Below are positions 38,501 to 47,260 of a stretch of 64,000 nucleotides of DNA, piece after piece; positions within the stretch are counted from its first letter, which is position 1, and each line of letters opens with the position of its first letter. Both the position numbers and the translations under genes were made by a program. The stretch is from an uncultured Acidobacteriota bacterium (GTDB lineage: Bacteria > Acidobacteriota > Thermoanaerobaculia > UBA5066), in NCBI GenBank assembly GCA_963779415.1, contig CAVZYA010000002.1:928001-992000 (forward strand), written 5' to 3'. The notes beneath the pieces were generated by a model. That model did no database searches. It was given only the letters and a program-made list of their open reading frames with translations, and was not told the origin of the DNA.

Positions 38501-41500
38501 GAAAGAGAGGAGACGGGCCGTGGCTGTTGCAGTGCCGAAGGCGCGGGTGCGAGCTCGGGGCGGTGGTCGTAGACGAACTTCACGACGTGCCGGAGGGTCG
38601 GGAAGTCGCGGAGCTTGAGGCTCTCCTGTCTCGGGATGTTCCAGGCCTCGCGGACGGCGGCGAAAGTCTCGGCCTGCTTGACGGTGTCGACGCCGAGGTC
38701 GGCCTCGAGGTCGAGGTCCAGCTCGAGCATCTCGGGCGGATAGCCGGTCTTCTCGGCCACGATGGCGAGGACCTTCGTCACGACCTCGTCCGACCCGCTG
38801 ACCGCTGCGGGGGAGGCCTGCGCAGAGGCAACCAACACCTTCTCTTCGAGGGGGAGAGAGGCGAGCCGGAGCGGCCGACGGCGCGGGCGCGCGTCGTCTC
38901 TCCCGTCTCCCCGCCCGGGGCGCGGCGAGCGGGAGACGTCCCCCACTTCCAGCGGCTCGGAGCGGGGGAGCGGGCCGGCGCGCCCTTCGACGCGATCCGG
39001 AGATTCCGTTTCACGACCTCGAGCTCGGGGGCGTCCTCGCCCGTGATCTCGGCCAGCCAGCGCCCGTAAAGCGCCTTGTCGTCGACACGGTCGAGCGGGC
39101 CGGGGACCCGGCGCGTGAACGTGAGGGAGATCTGCGAGCCGAAGCCGGCGGCGAGGTGGATCGCGTAGGTCGACGGGGTACCGCCCGCCGCGCGAGAGGT
39201 TCAGGAGGCCGAGGTCGGGGTCGACCTCGCGGAAGTTCGGGACGGGGGGAACGATTCCGTGCTCGAGGATCTTCACGGCGATGACGTCCTCGATCCCGAC
39301 TCCCATCGGGTGGCCGGTGAACCCCTTCGTGTTCGCGACGACGATCTCGCTCGCCCCGGGCCCGAAGACGCTGCCGAAGGGCGGCGACCTCGGCGGAGGC
39401 GCTCCCGCCGCGGGCCGGCGTGAAGGTCTCGTGCGACATGAAGACGGTCTCGCGGAGCGATCGAGCGCCGGTCGATCCCGAAGCGGCGCTCGGCGGAGGA
39501 GACGAGGCTCTCGACGACCTGCGCGATGTGCTCCACGTCGAGGCGCGTCCCGTGGAAGGCGCTGTTCCGCGTCTCGGTGGAGAGAAGCTCCACGATGCCG
39601 CGCATCCCGCGCTCCTCGACCGCGTCCTGGCTCTCGACGACGAGGGCGCACGCCCCCATCCCGATCGAGGGTCCCGTGGCGGCGGCGGTCGAAGGGGAGG
39701 GCCGCCTCCTCGACCTTGTCGTCCGTCGCCGCGGCGCCGGTCGCGAGGAAGCCGGCGCCGATCCACGGGAAGAGATTCGTCGCCCGATGACGTTGTCGGC
39801 GCCGATGACGAGGACGCGGCGGCAGCGGCCCACGCGGATCCAGTCCTCGGCCAGCGCGATCGCCTGGGCCGTCGAGGCGCAGGCGGCGTTGACCTGGGTG
39901 TTGGGGCCGCGCGCGCCGACGTACTCGGCGAACTGGCTGTGCCCCATGGAGAGGATCCGGAAGCAGGAAGCGCCGGTCGAAGCGTACGGGTTCTGCGCGA
40001 GCTCGTCGTCGAGCAGGCCGATCCGCCGGCGGATCTCCGCGATCGTCGCGGCGTCGCGCGTCGTCCGGAGAAGATCCTCGAGCGTCGCCTTCTCCTTCCG
40101 GCCGCGCCTCGTACGGCGTGGAAGCGGGACATCTCGTCGGCGAAGCGGTCGTAGCCGGGGAAGGCGCTCGCGAAGATGACGCCCGTCTCGTCGCGGAGCG
40201 GCTCCGGGAGCAGCCACCGGTCGGGGAGGAACCTCCCCGTCGTCGTCTTCTTCCAGGTCTGGACGAGCGGGATGCCCGCCTCGCGCAGGGCGTCGAGGCC
40301 GGCGGCGATGGCGAGCTGCGTCGTCATGTCGAGCGCCTCCGACGAGCTTCTCGGGGACGCCGTACTCCGCGGCGAGGTCGAAGGCGCCGGGGCGCGCCGC
40401 GAGCTTGATGACGTCGTCGGTGTCTCGATCGTCTCGAAGCGGCCGCTCCCGTCCTCTCCCTTCACGACGCGCGTGACCTTCCGGTCGCGGCATGGCGCTC
40501 GCGGAAACGCTCGGGAAGGAGGGCGACGAACTGCTCGCCGCCGAGGATCCGCGCGGCGTTCTCCGGGTCCATGACCGGCTTGTCGGCCCCGGGAAGGCCG
40601 AGGCCGGTGCCGCTGATGACGATCGAGCCCGCGGGGACCTCGTTGCGGTCGAGAGCGCCGCGGGGGCCGGCGTCGAGCTGCCGGAGGGTCTCGGAGAGCA
40701 GCGCCTTCAGCTCGGCGATCGGCGGCCGAGGAGCCGACGGCGGGGGCCGAGGCGTGCGAGACCGTCGCGAGAGCCGGGACGATCTTCTCCGCCGGACGGC
40801 CATGTCCCGCGGCCCAGAGGCCGCAGAGGGCGTGGGAGAACGTCGGGACGTCGCCGGGCTTCGGCGCGTTCGTGAAGAGCGAGACGAGGCCGTCGCGTCC
40901 TTCGAGGACGTCGTCGACGAACCCTTTCAGCGCGCGCTTCGGCCCGACCTCGACGAACGTCCGGGCCCCTTCGGCCCAGAGCGTCTCGAGTCCCTTGACC
41001 CACTGGACGGGGGAGGCGATCTGCCGCTGGAGGATCTCCTTGATCTCGCCGGGCGTCGTCCGGGTAGAGGTCCCCCGTCACGTTGGCGACGACGGCGAGG
41101 CGCGGCGGCGAGACGCGAGAGGCGGTCGAGCACCTTGCGGAGCGGCCCGCTCGCGGGAGCGACGATCTCCGTGTGGAAGGCGTGGCTGACCGGAAGGCGC
41201 ATGACGTGGTAGCCGCGCTTCTGAAGCGCCTCGACGGCGGCCTCGACGGCGGCCGGGCTCGCCGCCGATGACGCACTGGGCCCGGCTGTTGATGTTCGCG
41301 GCGACGACGTAGCCGTCGATCGTCCGGAGGACCGCTTCGACCACCTCGACGGAGGCCATGACGGCGGCCATCTCGCCGTTGTCGGCGAGGGAGACGTGCG
41401 TCATCTCGCGCCCGCGCGCGGCGGCGGCCTCGAGGGCATCGGCGAAGGGCATCACCCCGGCGGCGACGAGCGCGCCGTACTCGCCGAGCGAGTGGCCCAT

Positions 41501-43594
41501 CACCATCTCGGGCTCGAAGCCGTAGACTCGCGAGCGAGCTCGACAGAGCGCGATGTCGGCCGTCAGCATCGCGGGCTGCGTGATGGCCGTCTGCTTGAGA
41601 GCCTCCTCGGCCTCCCGGAGCGCCTCGGGGTCCTTGGCGTCGACGAAGACGAGCGACGTGAGCGACCGGCCGAGGATCGGCGTCGATGACGCGGTCGGCC
41701 TCGTCGAAGACCGCCCGGGCCTCCGGGAGCCGCGAGGCGAGGTCGCGCCCCATGTTCACGTACTGGCTCCCCTGCCCGGGGAAGAGGAAGGCGAGCTTTC
41801 CGGCGGCGGGGCCGCTGCCGCGGAAGATCCCCTGCGACGCGAGGGCCGTGAGGGCCTTCGGCGCTTCCGGCCTCGAGCGCCTTCTGCGTCTTTCCCAGCT
41901 TCTCGAGAAGCTCCTCGCCGATCCGAAGTCGATCGACGAGCCGCTCGCGCGCGGCAAGGACGTCTGCCCCGGGGCGCGCGGCGGGGGGAACGAACCCTTC
42001 CTTCACCCGCGCCATGAGGGCGTCGAGATCGCGCCCGAGGGCTGCCGGAGAGTCCGCGCCGAGGGCCGCGACGCCGCGGAGGGGGGTCTTCTCGGGTCGT
42101 CTCGCCTCCGGGGCGACGGCGGCGGGAACGGACGAGGGAACGGAAACGGCGACCTGGTCGCGTCCTTTCGACGTCAGCATCCCCGGAACGTGCTCCTCGA
42201 GGACGAGGTGGAAGTTCGTCCCGCCGAAACCGTAGGCCGAGACGCCGCAGCGCCGGGGCGTCCCGTTCTTCGTCTTCCAGTCGCGAGAGCTCGTGGGCGA
42301 GGCGGAAGGGGCTCGTCTCGAAATCGATGTTCGGGTTCGGCGTCCCGGCGTTCAGCGTGGGCGGGAGCTTCTTCTCGTGGACGGCATAGACCGCCTTGAG
42401 GAGGCCGGCCGCGCCGGCCGCCGCCTTCAGGTGGCCGACGTTGCTCTTGGCCGAGCCGAGCGCGATCGATCCGCGCGGGGCGCCCCCGAAGACCGACGCG
42501 AGGCTCTCCACCTCCACGACGTCGCCGACCTTCGTGCTCGTCCCGTGCGCCTCGATGAGGCGTGCAGGTGGCCGGGTCGAGCCCGGCGTCGCGCCAGGCC
42601 CGCTCGACCGCGAGCTGCTGCCCGGCCGGGTTCGGCGCCGTGATCCCTTTCCCTTGCCGTCGCTCGACGCCGCCGATGCCGCGCAGAACGCCGTAGATCC
42701 GGTCGCCGTCCCGCTCGGCGTCGGCGAGGCGCTTCAGCAGGAAAGCCGCGCACCCTTCGCCCATGACGAAGCCGTCGGCGCCGTCGCCGAAGGGGCGCGT
42801 CCCGGTGGCCGAGAGCGCGCCGATCTTGCAGAACTTCACGAAGGTCGAGGGGCCCATGTTCCGGTCGACGCCGCCCGTGAGAACGGCGTCGCAGTGCCCG
42901 CCGGCGAGGAGGTCCATCGCCGCGTCGACGGCCGCGAAGGTGGAGGCGCAGGCCGCGTCGGTGATGAAGTTCGGACCGCGGAGGTTCAGGACGTTCGCGA
43001 CGCGTCCGGAGATGATGTTCGGCAGCTCGCCCGGCATCGAGTCCTCGGTGATGGGGGGGAGCATCGCCGACACCTTCTCGTGCCAGCGCGGCGAGGATCG
43101 CCTTCGCGGACGCTCGCGGGAAGTGTCGAGAACTCCGTCACTCCTTCCAGTGCCTTGCGCCAGCTCGGGGAAGAAGACGCGGTGCGCCGTGAGGTAGTGA
43201 AGCTCGCCCCCCATCGCCGTCCCGAGGACGACTCCCGTCCGCTCGGTGTCGAGCGGACGATTCGGCCAGCCGTAGTCGGCGAGCGCCTCGGCGGCGATCG
43301 TCACCGCCCACTGCTGTCCCTCGTCCATCGCCGAGGCGACCTTCGGCGGGATGTGAAACCGCTTCCAGTCGAAGGTGAAGCCGCGGACCCAGCCGCCGAT
43401 CTTGCTGTACGTCTTGTCGGGGGCCGCCGGGTCGGGGTCCAGAAGTCGGCCGGGTTCCAGCGCTCGGGCGAGACCTCCGAGATGCAATACCGCTTCTCGC
43501 GGATGTTCTTCCAGAAGGCGGGGGCGTTCGGGGCGTCGGGGAGGATGGCTCCGATCCCCACGATCGCGGCGGCGCGGCTCTGGCGTTCGCTCAT
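35561..43594 (-). CDS. Giant iterative type I PKS/FAS, KS-AT-KS-ACP-ACP-KR-DH (many frameshifts between 38400 and 43450)
   Basis: Start [15 protein letters not shown] at 43594; KS1 DAACAS/EAHGTST/SNVGHL; [19 protein letters not shown]; KS2 NAACAS/SHET/TGHPM; 2x [14 protein letters not shown]; KR TGAAGGI..DYSAAN; [12 protein letters not shown]. Reconstructed by eye across frames. Confidence 0.85.
38060..38860 (-). repeat. Tandem ACP + linker duplication within the PKS
   Basis: Near-identical ACP-coding segments at about 38220-38450 and 38560-38790; LEEKVL linker motif occurs three times (38092, 38484, 38836). Confidence 0.9.
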
Positions 43595-43613
43595 GGCTTC
43601 TTCAATTCTCCGG

Positions 43614-45239
43614 TCATCCGGCGGGGAACGCCCGGGCGAGTTCCCGGGCGAGGAAATCCTCGTCCTCGATCCGTCCCGCCTGCGCCGCGAAGGCGCTGTC
43701 GAGGGCGAGGCTCTGCGCGAGGGCCGCGTCGGTCTGGCCGGCGGCGTTCGCCCACTTGAGGCCGTCGGACGCCACACGGACGAGCGCCTCGCGGGCGTGG
43801 ACCCGTGCCATCGCGGCGAGGACGGGGGCGCCGAGGGAGAGAACGGTCGACGGCTTCGACGCGGCGCGCTCGGAGAAGATCGCCGCGGTCTCGGCCCACG
43901 CCGTCAGCTCCCCGAGACGGAAGAGGACGTGCTGGTTCCGCGTGAGGCGGTCCAGGCGGCACCGCTCGAAGAGGGCGGCGAGGGAGCGGAGCGCCTGCGC
44001 CGCGAATGGCGCGCCCGTCTCGGCGCTGTCCGCCAAGACGCGCCGCCCAGTCGAGATACCAGGTCCCCCTGGTCTTCAGGTGGTGCTGCCACCGGTCGCG
44101 GGCGATCGTCCACTCCATGATCTCCGAGGTTCCTTCGTAGATCGTCGTGATCCTGACGTCGCGCTTGATCTTCTCGACCAGGTACTCGCGCGTGTAGCCG
44201 TACCCGCCGAGCGCCTGGATCGAGTCTTCGGCGGCCGGTTGCCGGCTTCCGTCGCCGCGTACTTCGCGACGGCCCCCTCGGTCGCGAGGTCCGGCTCGCC
44301 GCCGTCGATCCGCTCGGCCGTCCACTCGATGTAGGCGCGCGCCGCCTCCAGCCGGACGGCGTTCGGAACGATGAGCTTGTGGGTGTACCCCTGCTTCTGC
44401 GAGAGGGGGGCTCCCCCCTGGACGCGGGTCTGCGAGTAGCGGATCGCCCGCTCGAGTGCGGCCCAGCCGGCCCCGAGGCCGAACGCCGCGACCATCAGGC
44501 GCGTGTAGCCGAAGACGGCCTGCGCCTGCGCGAGCCCCTTCCCCTCGATTCCCCCCACGAGCCGCTCGGCCGGGACCACGACGTCCTCGAGGAACAGTGC
44601 CGCCGTGTTGCTCGCCCGGATGCCGTGCTTGTCCTCCGGCTTGCCGTGCGAGAAGCCGGGGAGCCCCTTCTCGACGACGAACCACGAGGGGCCGCCGGGG
44701 GCGTTCGCGAGGATCGTGTAGATGTCCGCGACGCCGCCGTTCGAGATCCACTGCTTCCGGCCGGAGATCCGGTAGGCCGTCGTCTTCCCGCCTTCGGCGA
44801 CCGGCACCGCCGTCGTCTGGAGGGCCGCGAGGTCGCTCCCCGCCTGCGGCTCGGTCGCCCCGTAAGCCATCAGGAGCCCCTCGTCCGCGAGGCGCCCCAT
44901 CCAATGCGCCTTCTGATCCGGCGTCGCACCGACGAGAATCGGGTCGGCCCCGAGGCAGGTCGCGAGGACGCCGGTCGCGATGCCGAGGTCGATTCCGGAC
45001 ATCACCTCGCAGACGCGGTAGATGTCCCAGGCGCTTCCGCCGAGACCGCCGCTCTCCTCCGGGACGAAGAGAAGGTGGATGCCGATCTGCTGCGGGTCGT
45101 AGAGGTCCTTCAGGACCTTCTCGGGGAAGACGTCCTCGTGGTCCAGCTTCAGGAGGACCTCGGGAGTCAGCTCGCGCGCCGCGTACTCCTTCAGCGTCGC
45201 GAGGAGCATCTCCAGAGTTTCATTGTCGAGACGTGCCAT
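43614..45239 (-). CDS. Acyl-CoA dehydrogenase with C-terminal extension (frameshifts near 44230 and 44040)
   Basis: [20 protein letters not shown] and KHGIRAS, then [17 protein letters not shown] in a second frame; GGAG SD. Confidence 0.88.
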
Positions 45240-45301
45240 CGGCTCCCCCTCCCGGCGGACGGTACCGGCGAACTCTAGGCGTGAACCGCGGCTCAGCCTT
45301 T

Positions 45302-45328
45302 AGTGCAGATGCACTTGATTCAACTGCA
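45302..45328. promoter_or_regulatory. Candidate operator(s) in the divergent ACAD-PKS / hydrolase intergenic region
   Basis: AT-rich patch with palindromes AGTGCA-GA-TGCACT (45302-45315) and TTGA-T-TCAA (45315-45323). Confidence 0.35.
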
Positions 45329-45404
45329 TGGGGGGCCTCGAGATGCCGTCCCCTGCGACCCCGTCTCACGGAACGGGGTACGATCCCCGTCCCACGGGCT
45401 CTCC

Positions 45405-46539
45405 ATGGATACGCTGACCCACGGACTCGCCGGCGCCCTGATCGCGAGAGGTTTTCCCGGCACGGGCGACGCGGACCTCGATGCGCGCCTCGGGCGCCGG
45501 GAGGCGATCGTCGGGTTTCTCTCGGCCATCCTCCCGGACGCGGACGCCCTTCCGAATCCGCTCTCGGCCGAGTTCTACATCGAGCACCACCGGCATCTCT
45601 CTCACTCGTTCGTCCTCCTTCCTCTCTGGGCCGTGGCCCTCGGCCTCCTCTTTTCGCTCCGGCTTCCCCTCCCCGAGGGGGGCGTCGGCGCGGCGGCCCG
45701 GCGAACCGCCCGAATCCGCCTCGTCCTCGTCTCGGCGCTCGGCCTGGCCTCGCACATCCTCCTCGACTGGGTCACGTCGTGGGGGACGCGGTTTCTGGCG
45801 CCGCTCTCCGAGCGGGCCTTCGCGCTCGACTGGCTCTTCATCGTGGATCTCTTCCTCTCCGGGCTCCTCCTCGTGGGCGTCGCCGGAGCGTTGCTCTTCC
45901 TTCGCAGCCGGAGCCGCGCCGTGGCTCGTGTCTCGCTCGCGACGGCGGCGCTCTACGTCGGCTTCTGCGGCGTGATGCACGGCCGGGCGCTGGCCGTCGC
46001 GAAGGGGCTCGCGCCGGAGGCACCGGTCTCGTGCCGCGATCCCGCAGCCGCTTCTTCCGACGCGCTGGCTCCTCCTTTCGGAGACGGGACACGAAGTTCG
46101 GGCGGACTTCGTCGATCTCCTCGCCCGGGCTCCGGCGGGGCCGCCTCCCTCCCGGGAGGCTCTCGCCGCCTTTCACGCCTCGCGGGAGCCGCTTCTGCCG
46201 CTCCTGAAGCGACTGGGGGCTTTCTACCGGCCGGCCGACGACCCCGCCCCGTATTTCCTCGAAGGGGAGGGGAAGTTCGCCGAGCGCGGCCTGGCGGATG
46301 CGGAAGCCTCCGTCTTCGGCCGCTTCGCCCGTTTCCCGGTGGCGCGCGCCGAGAAAGCCGGGGACGGAAGCGTCGTCGTCACGGTCCGCGACGCACGTTT
46401 CGCCCATCTCGCGGACGGGTTCGACCCGTTCGCCTACGTTCTCCGGTACGGGCCGGACGGGCGGCTCGCCGCTTCGGGCTTTACCTCTCCCCGCTGGATG
46501 AAGCCGCCGGGATCGCACGGCCTCGGCCTGGCGCGGTAG
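45405..46539 (+). CDS. Membrane-bound metal-dependent hydrolase (YdjM-like), frameshift near 46030
   Basis: MDTLTH, LPDAD, HRHLSHS and SHILLD..TSWG; continues as AAIPQP..RW..FARFP..DARF in the frame ending at 46539. Confidence 0.8.
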
Positions 46540-46556
46540 CGGGGGCGGCGGTCCCC

Positions 46557-46898
46557 CTATTCGATCCAGAGATCCAGCGTGACCCGGAGGGCGTCGTCGA
46601 CCCGGCGCATCTCCTCGGCGCCGAGAACGGCCAGTCGCGAACGAAGACGGAGCCGGTCCACCGAACGAATCTGGTCTCCAAGGGCCCTCGCCGGCTTCCC
46701 GGCGATCTCGACGGCGGCCTCGCCGGGATAGAGACTCTCAACGTTTCCGGTCACGGGGACGACGACGACACGGCTCCCGAACCGGTTGCACGAGTCGTTC
46801 GAGACGACGATCGCGGGGCGCGTCTTCCTGATCTCCGTGCCGAGGGCCGGGTCAAGGGCGACCCACCAGACTTCTCCCCGCCTTGGCGCGCGCTTCAC
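46557..46898 (-). CDS. Type II TA toxin, MazF/PemK family
   Basis: RRGEVWWVALDP..GTEIRKTRPAIVVSND..VVPVT..DQIRSVD; GTG at 46898. Confidence 0.88.
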   Translation of the reverse strand: MKRAPRRGEVWWVALDPALGTEIRKTRPAIVVSNDSCNRFGSRVVVVPVTGNVESLYPGEAAVEIAGKPARALGDQIRSVDRLRLRSRLAVLGAEEMRRVDDALRVTLDLWIE

Positions 46899-47123
46899 GT
46901 TGGCCAGCCTTCCGATCTCCGTGACGGCCCAGTCGCGAGAAAGCTCTTTCCGCCACCGTTCTTTCCGCGCCGCCTTGTAAGCCGCGTCCAGCGTCGCTGC
47001 ATCGGGCGCCAGCCGCGCCCGGACGGCCGCTTCGATGAACGCGCTGATCTTCTTGGGCGGCACCTCTTCCTTGAGTCGCCGGTAGAGCTTCGGGTCCATC
47101 GTGATGTTCAGTCGGGCGGGCAT
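46895..47123 (-). CDS. RHH-like antitoxin (appears fused to the toxin by a probable one-base insertion near 46912)
   Basis: MPARLNITMDPKLYRRLK..KISAFIEAAV; removing one base gives ...TEIEGWPT* with a GTGA overlap on the toxin start; AGGAGG SD. Confidence 0.75.
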
Positions 47124-47144
47124 GGCGGACCTCCTGCAGGGAAA

Positions 47145-47159
47145 CTGTATTCTATACAG
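47145..47159. promoter_or_regulatory. Palindromic operator overlapping the -10 (TAGAAT, minus strand) of the TA operon
   Basis: CTGTAT-TCT-ATACAG inverted repeat. Confidence 0.55.
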
Positions 47160-47260
47160 GATTTGACCGGCTCCCCGAAAACCCGCAGAGCTGCCTGGCT
47201 GGAAACGGAGTGAGGACCCACTCCGGTCACACCGCGCCTCGGGCGGCTAAGGGTGGCCGG

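Noticed and set aside
38220-38790. CRISPR-like or mobile repeat
   Set aside because: The repeat is the coding ACP duplication. I saw no regularly spaced short repeats anywhere in the window.
35561-43594. Canonical PUFA synthase (pfaA-E)
   Set aside because: There is no PfaD-type ER, no FabA-type DH pair and no Cys-less CLF. The domain order and the Thr-ACPs differ.
47145-47159. LexA/SOS box
   Set aside because: Spacing is CTGT-N7-ACAG rather than N8, and the position fits TA autoregulation better.
45303-47213. 636-aa hydrolase ORF spanning the TA locus
   Set aside because: This is read-through from the frameshift near 46030. The true gene ends at 46539.
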